From Promethearchaeota archaeon (GTDB taxonomy: Archaea > Asgardarchaeota > Lokiarchaeia > Sigyniarchaeales > SOKP01): a stretch of DNA of 64,000 nt. A program made the translations under genes and the position numbers. Every line of letters begins with the position of its first letter. Positions within the stretch are counted from its first letter, which is position 1. The DNA is taken from positions 173,476-237,475 of the forward strand of contig JALGVJ010000004.1 in the NCBI GenBank assembly GCA_029838195.1. Reading direction: 5' to 3'. The notes below the pieces were generated by a model, which was given only the letters and a program-made list of their open reading frames with translations, ran no database searches and was not told the origin of the DNA. This document shows, piece after piece, positions 10,112 to 20,468 of the stretch.

Positions 10112-10287
10112 TAATGATGTTTTTATAATTTTTTAGGTAAAATGATTTTTAAATTTTTAGAATTTTACTGAAATCTTCCAGCATAAAGTCATGATTTAAG
10201 CATGAAAAAATTTAAAATTATAATTAGTTTTTAATATCAAACACGGAATGTTATACATGAAAAATCAAGAAAAACGAATGACATATT

Positions 10288-11808
10288 ATGGACAAGAAAG
10301 ATCATCGAATCTTGATGTTTTTGGATGAAATAAGAAAAGCTTTGAATTATTTTCTAGAACATTATCATGAAAATTCTGCACCTGTTCAAATTTACACGCA
10401 TTTAGATTCAGATGGATTAACTTCAGGGGCAATTTTAGGAAAAGCCTTATACAGGGAACAAATTCCTTTTCAAATTCGAGTATTGAAACAATTAGAAAAA
10501 AACGAAATTAAAAAATTAAAGGAATCGGCTAAAAAATTAAAGAATTTCATTATTTTTTCGGATTTTGGTAGTGGACAGTACAAGGAATTAGTCGAAAGTT
10601 TAAATAATACGGAAAAGCCCATATATTTTCTCATTTTAGACCATCACCTTCCTCAATCTGTTTCAAGCAAGGAAGAGATTGAATTACTTGAAAAAATTCA
10701 CGTGCAGACCTCCCCTTTTCATGTTAATCCTTATTTTCAAAATATTGATGGAAGTTCAGAAATTTCTGGAGCGGGTGTTTGTTATTATTTTTCTAAAGCA
10801 TTGAATGAAAAAAACGTGGATTTGTCCGGTCTTGCCATTATAGGTGCTTTAGGAGATATTCAAAATCAAGGAACACATAAATCTTTTAAAGGTGTGAATG
10901 AATTAATTTTAAAGGATGCCGTGGATATGGGTCTTGTAAAGGTTATTGATGACTTGAATTTTTCAACCACAAGACCATTAAATGAAGCTCTCGCCTATTC
11001 CTCTGATATTTACATGCCTGGTTTGAGTAATGACGTGAATAAATCATTAAAATTTTTACAATCCATAGGAATTTTAATAGAAAAATCTGATGGGCAGATA
11101 AAAACACTCTCTGATTTAACTAAAAAAGAAAAACAAAAATTAACTTCTGCCATAATAGAATATATTTCCATGAAAATGGACGTAGATCCTGGCGAATTTA
11201 TTAGTCGGCTAATAGTAAACAAGTATATTTTAGCCCAAGAGCCCGAAAATACAATTCTTAAAGATATGGGTGAATTTTCTAACCTTCTAAATTCTTGCGG
11301 CAGGACAAACAATGCCTCTTTAGGAATTGCTATTGCAATGGGAAACAGAACGGACGCTCTCACCAAGGCATTAGAAAACCTACAAGAATACAAGAAAACC
11401 TTAATGAACGCATTAAATTGGTTAAAAGAAGAAGATAAGATTAAACAAAAGAACTATCTTCAATATTTCTATGGGGAAAACATGATAAATGAGAATATCG
11501 TGGGAACAATTGCAACCATGCTAATTTTTGAAAAAGGACCGGTAATCGATTTAAATAAACCCATATTTGGTCTGGCAGAAAGAAAAGAAGAGCAAGTGTT
11601 TAAAGTTTCTGCAAGAGCAAGCAAGGAATTAGTGGAAAAAGGATTGAATTTATCTGAAGTGATTAGAGAAGCTTGTAAAAGAACTAACATTGACGTGTTA
11701 GGCGGCGGCCATCCTCCTGCTGCTGGCACGAAAGTGCCTCTTGATCGAGCCGAGATTTTTTTAGAACAGTGCAATGAAGTAATAAAAATTCAACTCTCTT
11801 CCCAATGA
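10288..11808 (+). CDS. DHH/DHHA1 phosphoesterase, archaeal RecJ-like (GAN/Cdc45-related)
   Basis: HLDSDG, FSDFGSG, ILDHH, GALGDIQ, LNSCGR, GGGHPPAAG. Confidence 0.88.
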   Translation: MDKKDHRILMFLDEIRKALNYFLEHYHENSAPVQIYTHLDSDGLTSGAILGKALYREQIPFQIRVLKQLEKNEIKKLKESAKKLKNFIIFSDFGSGQYKELVESLNNTEKPIYFLILDHHLPQSVSSKEEIELLEKIHVQTSPFHVNPYFQNIDGSSEISGAGVCYYFSKALNEKNVDLSGLAIIGALGDIQNQGTHKSFKGVNELILKDAVDMGLVKVIDDLNFSTTRPLNEALAYSSDIYMPGLSNDVNKSLKFLQSIGILIEKSDGQIKTLSDLTKKEKQKLTSAIIEYISMKMDVDPGEFISRLIVNKYILAQEPENTILKDMGEFSNLLNSCGRTNNASLGIAIAMGNRTDALTKALENLQEYKKTLMNALNWLKEEDKIKQKNYLQYFYGENMINENIVGTIATMLIFEKGPVIDLNKPIFGLAERKEEQVFKVSARASKELVEKGLNLSEVIREACKRTNIDVLGGGHPPAAGTKVPLDRAEIFLEQCNEVIKIQLSSQ

Positions 11809-11838
11809 AATAAACCTTACATGTTTTCCTTTTAAATT

Positions 11839-13143
11839 TTAAATCATGTATTCTTCTCCAATTTCTGGAGCAACGGAATTATATCCCTTTTTTACTAATG
11901 AACTAGAAAAACGGGTAGTAGATTTTTCATCCCCATGGATGCAAAACACTTGAGAACCATCCCGGAATTTCAAACCATTTACATATTCAAGTAATTGAGT
12001 TCCATCAGCATGAGAAGAAAAATCAAAATATTCATAATCACATTTAGCTACCACCCTTATTGGAGAGAGATCTTCTACAACACTTCCATGATCTCGTTTA
12101 TAATCAAAATACCCCTTATCTAATAAGGTTCTTCCTGGGCTATCCTCAACTTGATACCCCACAAAGTATATAGCAGATAAAGGATCCCTCAAAATGGTTT
12201 TTAAATATTCCATTACGGCACCTCCTTTTAACATGCCACTAGATGCGATAAAAACAGCATTTTCTTTTTTAATGGAACCCCTATCTATTTGTCTTGATAT
12301 AAATTTTGCTTTTTTCAATGCTTTTTTATAAATTTTATAATCTTTTAACGCTTCGGGATAGTTTAAGTAACTCGTACAAATTTTTCGTGATAGACCATCC
12401 ACATAAATTTGATCATTATAATTGTATTTATGTAAAATTAACAATACTTCTTGGGAACGCGCAACCGCAAACGCCGGAATCAATATTTTGCCTCCATTGC
12501 TTATTACATTTGATATCTTGTCAACAAAATTTTTCTCAAGCATCTCTCTATTAGGATGAGTTTTCAAGGCATATGTAGACTCAATAATCAAGCAATCAAT
12601 GGGAGGTAAATTTTCTGTAGAAGTAGGAAAGCATAAATTAGTGTTTTGGGTGTTGATATCGCCCGAATATAAGATGTTTTTCCCATCTACTTCTATTAAA
12701 ATAGACACGCTTCCGGGAATATGTCCTGCATTAATAAAGGTTATATAGAAATTTTCATCAATTTTTTGCCGAATCCCTTCCTCTAAAAACCAAGCATTAT
12801 TTCTTAACTTTTCTAATTCTCTATATCCAAATTGAAAATTATACTTGGAAATATTTAATGAGTCTTTAATTAAAATTTCAGAAATTCTTAATGAAATAGG
12901 ATTGGTATAAAAAGGTACTTGTTTCTCTTTATATAATTTAGGGAGGGCTCCCGAATGATCAACATGAGCGTGTGTTAAAGCAACACCTTTAAGATTTTTT
13001 ATATTAACTGGAAGGGGGAGTCTTGCATCTTTTTGAAATCCAATACCGTAATCTAATATACATTTTCTTCCATTATTAGAAGTTATTAAAATTCCTGCTC
13101 TTCCAATTTCACGGCATGAACCTAAAAACGTTATTTTCGTCAT
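11839..13143 (-). CDS. Metallo-beta-lactamase/beta-CASP ribonuclease (aCPSF2-like)
   Basis: THAHVDHSG, AGHIPGS, YSGD, IESTY, PAFAVARSQE, FSSHAD, HGD. Confidence 0.9.
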   Translation of the reverse strand: MTKITFLGSCREIGRAGILITSNNGRKCILDYGIGFQKDARLPLPVNIKNLKGVALTHAHVDHSGALPKLYKEKQVPFYTNPISLRISEILIKDSLNISKYNFQFGYRELEKLRNNAWFLEEGIRQKIDENFYITFINAGHIPGSVSILIEVDGKNILYSGDINTQNTNLCFPTSTENLPPIDCLIIESTYALKTHPNREMLEKNFVDKISNVISNGGKILIPAFAVARSQEVLLILHKYNYNDQIYVDGLSRKICTSYLNYPEALKDYKIYKKALKKAKFISRQIDRGSIKKENAVFIASSGMLKGGAVMEYLKTILRDPLSAIYFVGYQVEDSPGRTLLDKGYFDYKRDHGSVVEDLSPIRVVAKCDYEYFDFSSHADGTQLLEYVNGLKFRDGSQVFCIHGDEKSTTRFSSSLVKKGYNSVAPEIGEEYMI

Positions 13144-13413
13144 TTTTAAAGCATTAATAAAATATAGAAATAGTAAACAAGTTAACGTCTTATTTGATTT
13201 AATAATTTCAAAAAGATTAATTTTTGCATTTTTAGAAATTGATGAAATTATTCATTAATTTAAAATTTTATAAAGAATTTTTAAATTATTTTTAGAAAAA
13301 CATGGGTTTTGCTTGGATAATGGGATTTAAAAAAACTCAATATCATTAAAATTTTAATTAATCTAAAATAAAAAGTAAATATACTCTAAACAATTAAAAA
13401 TAGGGATATTTTC

Positions 13414-14277
13414 ATGAAATTCGAAGGAAAAGCAGAAATTGGAATTATAGGTGGAACTGGTTCGGATCTGGAATTGGAAAATGCCGAAGATGTTAAAATC
13501 TACACGCCTTATGGAAAAACTTCAGATTTCATTAAAATTGGAAATTTTCAAGGAAAACGGATTGCTTTTATTCCACGTCATGGAACGGGCCATGTCATTC
13601 CCCCTCACCAATTGAATTCGCGGGCAAATATTTGGGCTCTAAAAGAATTGGGTGTTCAATGCATCATTTCACCCAGTGCTGTAGGCTCTTTAAGAAAAGA
13701 ACATGGAAAAGGAAAATTCCTTTTGGTTGATCAATATATAGATCGCACGAAAAAGCGGTTAGATACATTCTATGAAGGAGGGCAAGTATGCCATATATCC
13801 CAAGCCGAACCTTATTGCGATTATCTCAATGGATTATTTCATGATAAAGGGAAAACGATTGAGGGATTGGAAATTCAAAAAGGAGGGACATACGTGTGCA
13901 TTGAAGGTCCCCGATTCTCCACGAGAGCTGAATCTATAATGTTTCGGACCTGGGGCGGAGATATAATTGGCATGACCACTTATCCGGAAGTAGTATTGGC
14001 TGCTGAAAAAGAAATGTGCTATTGCTGCATCGCCATGGTCACGGATTTAGATGTATGGGCGGGAGAGTGCCCAAATTGTGGAATTGTTGAATATCAAGAG
14101 AAATGTGAAAAATGTGGAGGCCCTGTTAATAAACTGGCTGTAAGCATAAATGAAATATTAGAGACTATGGAAAAAAATACCAAGAACTTAAAAAAGCTAT
14201 TGGAAATAACCATTCCCGAAATTGATACTTCAAGAGATTGTCCATGCAAGCATTCTCTTACGGGAGCAGTAATATAA
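13414..14277 (+). CDS. mtnP: S-methyl-5'-thioadenosine phosphorylase with Zn-ribbon-like insertion
   Basis: IGIIGGTG, PRHG, ANIWALK, IEGPRFSTRAES, IGMT, VTDLD; inserted CPNC-x8-CEKC. Confidence 0.9.
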   Translation: MKFEGKAEIGIIGGTGSDLELENAEDVKIYTPYGKTSDFIKIGNFQGKRIAFIPRHGTGHVIPPHQLNSRANIWALKELGVQCIISPSAVGSLRKEHGKGKFLLVDQYIDRTKKRLDTFYEGGQVCHISQAEPYCDYLNGLFHDKGKTIEGLEIQKGGTYVCIEGPRFSTRAESIMFRTWGGDIIGMTTYPEVVLAAEKEMCYCCIAMVTDLDVWAGECPNCGIVEYQEKCEKCGGPVNKLAVSINEILETMEKNTKNLKKLLEITIPEIDTSRDCPCKHSLTGAVI

Positions 14278-14356
14278 AGAAGAAAGAGAAAAAATTAGGG
14301 AAAAAATATTCTTTTTTTTATGTTTCATTCTTTTCATTACCTTTTTCATTTTAATT

Positions 14357-14884
14357 TTATTCCTCTACGGGAATTTGAACTAAGGTATAGACGTCATATT
14401 CTTTAAGTAAATCTCGCCCATGCAAGCTTCCCGTCAGTTCAATTACAAAAGCCACCCCTACAACAGTTCCTCCTGCTTTTTCAATTAATTTACATGCTGC
14501 TCTTGCCGTGCCTCCCGTGGCAAGGAGATCATCGAAGACTAACACTTTATCGCCCTTTTCAATGGCATCAACATGCATTTCTATGGTATCCGTTCCATAT
14601 TCTAATTCATAGGTCTCGCTTAATGTTTTATAAGGTAATTTACCGGGCTTTCTAATTAATATAAAACCTGCTCCTAATTGATAGGCAATCACACCTCCAA
14701 AGACGTACCCTCGAGCTTCGATTGCAGCGACTTTATTAATACCTTTCTTTTTATAATGCTTTACAATTTTATCGCATGCCTCTTTAAAAGGAGCATGTAC
14801 TTTACATAAGGTCGTGATATCTTTAAATTGAATGCCTGGTTTAGGAAAATCAGGAACATTTCGAATATATTTTTCTAAGTCCAT
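14357..14884 (-). CDS. apt: Adenine phosphoribosyltransferase
   Basis: PDFPKPGIQFKDIT, IEARG, RKPGKLP, YELEYG, VFDDLLATGGT. Confidence 0.95.
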   Translation of the reverse strand: MDLEKYIRNVPDFPKPGIQFKDITTLCKVHAPFKEACDKIVKHYKKKGINKVAAIEARGYVFGGVIAYQLGAGFILIRKPGKLPYKTLSETYELEYGTDTIEMHVDAIEKGDKVLVFDDLLATGGTARAACKLIEKAGGTVVGVAFVIELTGSLHGRDLLKEYDVYTLVQIPVEE

Positions 14885-15696
14885 TTTTTAAACTCCTTTA
14901 CATGACCTTAATTTATTTTCATGTGATACATTTTCTATTAATTATTTGAACTATTTAATATAATCGATTTGGTTAGGGGGTCTAACTAATAAATTAAAAT
15001 TATTATTTATTTTGTTTTATTTAATTTCATTTTTCGCGAAATCTTGTTTAGCTCCAACATTATCAATGGATTTGGACACGTTTATCGTTTTCTTATAATT
15101 TCTTTTTCCCATCCATAAGAGAATTCATGTTTTATTGACTAGGTAATTTCAATTTCTTATTTGGAATTAATTAAGATATGAATTTTTTCATGATTTTCAT
15201 AGAATTCCTCATTGCTTTTTTCATTAACAAGTATTTTTAATAAATTGTAAAGAGGGTTCCTGTAAATAATGAGATAATCCACGCGGAATATATTGCTAAG
15301 GATGATGATCAACACTTAAAATTCGGTAAATCACGAATTTCATTTAAAATCAATACCTTGGGAATGGATTAATCTAAATTGAGAGTCACGCAAGAATGAG
15401 GAATCTTTTTAATATATGCCCCTTACTTAATTGAAAAAATCTAAATATCTCAATATTATTATTACCTTATTTTTAAAAGTAGAATCTTACGTCCTATCGT
15501 TATTGTTAATATTCCAATCTGGTTTACTCCCTTCTTCAAAAGTAATTTAAAATCATTGACACCATCATCGTTTCATTTAGTAAAGGTTTAAAAAGACATT
15601 ATTTTTTATTATGATCGTACATGTTTGTTTAACATTTATTTCCAAAAAATTTAAAATGAGATAAAAACTAATTAATCAAATTGAGTGGCTTTTTGA

Positions 15697-16662
15697 ATGA
15701 AAATCCTACTTTTTGGACCCGAAAATGCCGGAAAAACTTCTCTAATGCGTACCACGTGCTTAGGCTATAATTTCATGAAAGTAGTAAATCTAAAACCAAC
15801 GAAAGGGATCAGTAGAGAGAATTTTATCTTCCGCGGTTTAGTAGAACTCTCCGTTTGGGATGCAGGTGGCCAACAGAGATATTTAGAAAGGTATTTCTCA
15901 AAGTCTCAACGAGAGTTAATCTTTTCTGAAGTCACAACGGCAATTTTCATGGTAGATTCAACTGTTATTGAGGATCGAATAAAAGAAATTTTCAACATGT
16001 TTTTAAAATACATTTTCGAATATAGCCCACATGTTGAGATGGTATACTGTCTATTAAATAAAATTGATCTTCCGAATTCAAAGGAAGATGAGCTTTATGA
16101 TTTTTTGATCAAAGATATGGACGACGATTTGAAGAAAAAGATTGCGTTCACACCCGTTTCTGTCAAGGAAGGAAGTGCTCAACATCGCTTGATTGAAATT
16201 TTAGATCATGAAATCATGAAAAATACCCTAAGCATGGCTAAAATGGGAAAAATCCAGCATTTTCTTCATGAATTGAAAAGTACCACGATTGCAGAGTATT
16301 TATTGTTCAATCAACCAGATGGATTATTAATTGCGTCAACATTAGGGAAATTTGAAAGCGAGCCTTTAAAATTTATGAGTTTAAAATTAAGTTTGCCAAA
16401 TTCTAATATTTATCAGATCTATAATAAAATTTCTAAAATGATTGATTTACAACCTTCTTCCTTAACATTATCAAGCATTTTATTTGAATCAGAAACAAGT
16501 TATATCATCACGAAGGAGATTAGTAATGGTAAGGTTTTATTAGCCGTAACAAAAAATAAGAAACTTGAAGTAATAATGGACGTATTAAAAGCATTAGCTA
16601 ATCAAAATCTAAAACAATTGGAGGAGATCTTAGAAGAACAAAATTTAAAAGAAATTTTATAA
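15697..16662 (+). CDS. Rag/Gtr1-like small GTPase with C-terminal roadblock-like domain
   Basis: G1 GPENAGKTS, G2 PT, G3 WDAGGQ, YFSKSQRELIF, G4 NKID; C-terminal YLLFNQPDGLLIAST. Confidence 0.85.
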   Translation: MKILLFGPENAGKTSLMRTTCLGYNFMKVVNLKPTKGISRENFIFRGLVELSVWDAGGQQRYLERYFSKSQRELIFSEVTTAIFMVDSTVIEDRIKEIFNMFLKYIFEYSPHVEMVYCLLNKIDLPNSKEDELYDFLIKDMDDDLKKKIAFTPVSVKEGSAQHRLIEILDHEIMKNTLSMAKMGKIQHFLHELKSTTIAEYLLFNQPDGLLIASTLGKFESEPLKFMSLKLSLPNSNIYQIYNKISKMIDLQPSSLTLSSILFESETSYIITKEISNGKVLLAVTKNKKLEVIMDVLKALANQNLKQLEEILEEQNLKEIL

Positions 16663-16726
16663 AAAAAAATGCGTAAATTAAAATAAAATAGAATTAATTT
16701 GAAGGGGAGTTAAAAAAGCATTTTAT

Positions 16727-17566
16727 TTATTTTTCCTTTTCCATTAAACCTCTTTTTGATAAAAGTTCCTGGCTTGAACGATGAGGTGTTCTTAAAACGG
16801 TATCGTTGGATTTCTCTATTTCTCGAGCATCATCACACATTTTAGCAGCATAACGCATCATTTCATGGGCAGCAGCCAATAATGGCATGTATTCCTCCCG
16901 CTCTTTTAAAACAAAACAAGCTTTACTCGTTACCTTTGATACGGAGCTTGCTAGATTAAATGCAGCAATGGCTTTTGCTCGTGCATATGGATTAGAAAAT
17001 CCGGCAATTTCAGTCGCCAACTCTGCCGTGATTTCAATTTGAGGAAGTACCGGAGCCTTGCCTTCTAACATGTCCATAATAACTTTATTTAATTCAACAA
17101 CTATAACTTGTAAAGCACCTGTTATAGCTAATACTTTTAATAAATCAGAATTGAATAAACTCATTTCTATCGGATCCAAAAAGGGGCGTCGAGCGCCAAT
17201 CATGGAATCACAATCTACTAAGATATAACCCATGCCTTTTTCTTTAATTTCTTCTATTGCTTTTTTAGCGGGAGCATCAGAAATTACTATTGCGGGTATT
17301 TGTCCGACCATTTCTCTTATTTGTTTAGGGCCTTTCAATGCGGCATTAGGCGAACTCATGATTATCAATTCGGGTTTCCAAGCTAATAATTCTTCCATGG
17401 CTTTCACACAGACTTCAGGGGGGTGCATGGCAGCACCAGATGTGACTTCTCTCACTTCAAGTCGAGTTGCTTCAGCTCTCTCATCAATGAGAAAAGCTAA
17501 CAAAAGAGAGCTTCCAATAGTACCATTTTTGAGAATTCCGATTTTTAATTTCTTTTCTTCGCTCAT
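16727..17566 (-). CDS. mtd: F420-dependent methylene-H4MPT dehydrogenase
   Basis: KNGTIGSS, IDERA, SPNAALKGP, DSMIGARRPFLDPIEMSLFNSD, FSNPYARAKA, AAAHEMMR, VLRTPH. Confidence 0.95.
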   Translation of the reverse strand: MSEEKKLKIGILKNGTIGSSLLLAFLIDERAEATRLEVREVTSGAAMHPPEVCVKAMEELLAWKPELIIMSSPNAALKGPKQIREMVGQIPAIVISDAPAKKAIEEIKEKGMGYILVDCDSMIGARRPFLDPIEMSLFNSDLLKVLAITGALQVIVVELNKVIMDMLEGKAPVLPQIEITAELATEIAGFSNPYARAKAIAAFNLASSVSKVTSKACFVLKEREEYMPLLAAAHEMMRYAAKMCDDAREIEKSNDTVLRTPHRSSQELLSKRGLMEKEK

Positions 17567-17739
17567 TATTCTCAACTTTTAATTTCTTCTTGTTATTACT
17601 CTTAAATTTTTTACTATATTAATAGTTTAATTTTTTTTTAACTTTTAAATAAGATTGAAAACTAACTATTTTAACAAGAATTGAAATTGAAATGAAATGT
17701 GAAATTTGAAAAATAAATTACCGATAAAAGGATTAAAAA

Positions 17740-18651
17740 ATGGAATTAAATGGAGTTGAAATTGAAGATACATATTGCGAAGCGTTTGGGAGCTTTCTTT
17801 CAAGAATTATCGTTACGGCTAAGAATGAAAAGTGGGCAAAAATTGCTGCTCAAGTAGCCACGGGATATGGCACGTCTACAATTCATTGCGACGCAGAAGC
17901 GGGATTTGATGTCTTGATTCCCGCCGATCAAACCCCGGATAAACGTCCTGGCGTGGCTTTAATGTTTTTTGTTGGAAAGAAGGAAAAAATAGGAAATGTT
18001 GTCATGAATCGATTAGGACAATGTGTTCTGACCTGTCCTACTACTGCTTGTTTTGATGGAATGAAGGAATCCTTAGATCCGAGTAAGGTTTTTGAGATTA
18101 AAATTGGAGCAAATTTAAGATATTTTGGTGATAAGTTCGAAGAAAAGATAGAAGGCACGTATGATTTTGAAGCGTGGAGAATCCCGGTCATGGATGGGGA
18201 ATTCATCTGCCAAAGCCTGGCTAAAGTTGGAAAAGGGATTGCAGGAGGTAATTTTTTGATAATCGCAAAAGATCAAGATTCTGGACTTGCAGCTGCTGAA
18301 AAGGCTATAGAAGCTATTAATAATGTTGAAAATGTCATTGCACCATTTCCAGGAGGCATTGCAAGATCTGGTTCAAAAGTTGGTTCGAAATATAGTTTTT
18401 TAAATGCTAGTACGAATGATCGTTATTGTCCCACGTTAAGAACTAAGATTGAAAATTCTGCGTTGAAAGAAGGGGATAATTGCGTGTATGAAGTCATATT
18501 AGATGGAGCGACAGAAGATGCCATAAAGAAAGCGATAAAAGTTGGCATTGAGGCAGCGGTAACTGTTCCTGGAGTGAACAGAATTTCAGCAGGCAATTAT
18601 GGAGGCAAATTGGGAAAATTTCTTTATAAATTACATGAAATACTAGGATAA
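17740..18651 (+). CDS. ftr: Formylmethanofuran:H4MPT formyltransferase
   Basis: MELNGVEIEDTYCEAF, TPDKRPG, RLGQCVLTCPTT, PFPGGIARSGSKVGS, SAGNYGGKLG. Confidence 0.95.
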   Translation: MELNGVEIEDTYCEAFGSFLSRIIVTAKNEKWAKIAAQVATGYGTSTIHCDAEAGFDVLIPADQTPDKRPGVALMFFVGKKEKIGNVVMNRLGQCVLTCPTTACFDGMKESLDPSKVFEIKIGANLRYFGDKFEEKIEGTYDFEAWRIPVMDGEFICQSLAKVGKGIAGGNFLIIAKDQDSGLAAAEKAIEAINNVENVIAPFPGGIARSGSKVGSKYSFLNASTNDRYCPTLRTKIENSALKEGDNCVYEVILDGATEDAIKKAIKVGIEAAVTVPGVNRISAGNYGGKLGKFLYKLHEILG

Positions 18652-18710
18652 AAAAAGAAAAGAAATTAAAAAATATATGATTTTTTTAAAAACTAATTTT
18701 TTATAAAATT

Positions 18711-20468
18711 TTAAAGTTTCCTGCGAATTCTTTTTTTAGGCTTTTCCTTTTTCTCTCTTGGAGGTTTAGCCTTTTCTTCACTAATTTCCTCTTTAGGCTT
18801 TTTTTCTTCTTTTTCTCCCCGCTTTTTCCTCTTTTTTTCCCTTATTTTCTTTTTAGGCGTAGGTACTTTTTCTTTTTGTTTTTGAGCAAGCAATTCTTCT
18901 TGCTTTTTCAAGAATCGTGTTTTAAAAAAACCCATTACAACTCCGATTCCGGCCACAGTGCCAAACGATAGACCAATGATGAGCATGGAAATGGGAAATA
19001 TTTCTTCCATCACGTTTGGTACGATTATAATTTCTTGAGGTGCTGCTAAGTAATCATCATTTAATCCCACGGATACCCCATCCGTGTCCGTTACATTAAC
19101 ATACACGTACCATATTCCTTTACTTAAATCAACGGTTCGAATAGTAATATTGAGATTTTCTACATATTCACGCGTGATATTAAAATATTCATTTTCGGTA
19201 TTTAATAAAGAGACCGTCACGAAAGCAATTCCCTCGACATCAGATGCATTAAAGGTAAAAGTTAGTAATTCACCATATTGAACAGTCAAGCTTGTATTCA
19301 GGGTTTGATTGTTTATTTTAAATCCGTATATCTTAGGGGGATTATTTTTCACTTCAAAATTTGCATAATACGTATCATTAACTCCCGAACTATCTTCTGC
19401 GGAAATTTGGACATCATAATTTCCTTTTGGTTGATTGGCTCCTACTGAGATGGTCCCTTCAAAAGAGCCATCATTTTTATTATCTAACATGATTGTTTCC
19501 GTTCCGCCTTCCGGATCTTCTACGATTGCAGAAACCGTGAGGCTGGATGGATTGTCTTCGTTATCGGAAACATTAAGCGACAACGTGGTTGATTTTGTTC
19601 GGAATATCGAATTCCTTGAAAACTGAACGGTCGAGATTAAAATTGTTGGAGGCGTATTTTCCACGAAAAATTTAAAATATTCATCGATCCATTTAGAACC
19701 AGAAGTGGAGTTAATTTTAACATAATAATATTTATTTACCGAATACGAGCTATTAATTTCGACAATGATTTGATAAGGATTAAGAGAGAGATCAACCGGA
19801 TGTTCGAAACTGGGAGTTCTACGATTATCATCAACGATGGAAATCTTCCAGGAATCAATACTCTCATTAACGGAAAATTCAGCTTTTAAAGCTTCTCCTC
19901 GGCGTAAGATGGTGGAGTTAAGGAAGGCAAGTGCATTTGATATGATTGTAAAATTTGTTAATGTTTCTCCCGTATTTAATTGAATTGTCTCATTATATAC
20001 GAGAAATCTAACTTCATGAAATCCTGAAGGCGTGGTATATGTGGATTTATAGACATAGGTCCATGTATTATTATATTGATTGCCAATCGGAGTCATATCT
20101 TCCGTTGTTGTTGTTCCATCATTGAATAAAAATTGGATCCTTGTTTTATTTACTCCTTTATTAGCATATCCGGATACATTAACGGTAAAATTAACGGACT
20201 CGAAATATCTCCTAATTGGTCTCGTGACATTTTTCCAAATATTAGAATAATTAAGAGGAATTCTCCCATTAAAAGAACTTAATGGTTTACTATTCTCATC
20301 TTTAGTTAAGAAGGGAATTGTTTCATTTTCCGAATCAATATCAGGAGACCCCTTACACTCTCGTGGATTAACCACACCACTTGAAAATATAAAGTTAAGA
20401 GAGATGCCTACCAATATTAATGCTATTAAGGTCAATTTTACAAATTGTCTCGTTTTCACGTGCCTCAT
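18711..20468 (-). CDS. Membrane-anchored surface protein with Ig-like repeats and Lys/Glu-rich cytoplasmic tail
   Basis: N-terminal signal/anchor, beta-rich repeats (NTPP, NNPP, GNYDVQISAED), many NxS/T sequons, C-terminal TM, tail KKKIREKKRKKRGEKEEKK. Confidence 0.75.
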   Translation of the reverse strand: MRHVKTRQFVKLTLIALILVGISLNFIFSSGVVNPRECKGSPDIDSENETIPFLTKDENSKPLSSFNGRIPLNYSNIWKNVTRPIRRYFESVNFTVNVSGYANKGVNKTRIQFLFNDGTTTTEDMTPIGNQYNNTWTYVYKSTYTTPSGFHEVRFLVYNETIQLNTGETLTNFTIISNALAFLNSTILRRGEALKAEFSVNESIDSWKISIVDDNRRTPSFEHPVDLSLNPYQIIVEINSSYSVNKYYYVKINSTSGSKWIDEYFKFFVENTPPTILISTVQFSRNSIFRTKSTTLSLNVSDNEDNPSSLTVSAIVEDPEGGTETIMLDNKNDGSFEGTISVGANQPKGNYDVQISAEDSSGVNDTYYANFEVKNNPPKIYGFKINNQTLNTSLTVQYGELLTFTFNASDVEGIAFVTVSLLNTENEYFNITREYVENLNITIRTVDLSKGIWYVYVNVTDTDGVSVGLNDDYLAAPQEIIIVPNVMEEIFPISMLIIGLSFGTVAGIGVVMGFFKTRFLKKQEELLAQKQKEKVPTPKKKIREKKRKKRGEKEEKKPKEEISEEKAKPPREKKEKPKKRIRRKL

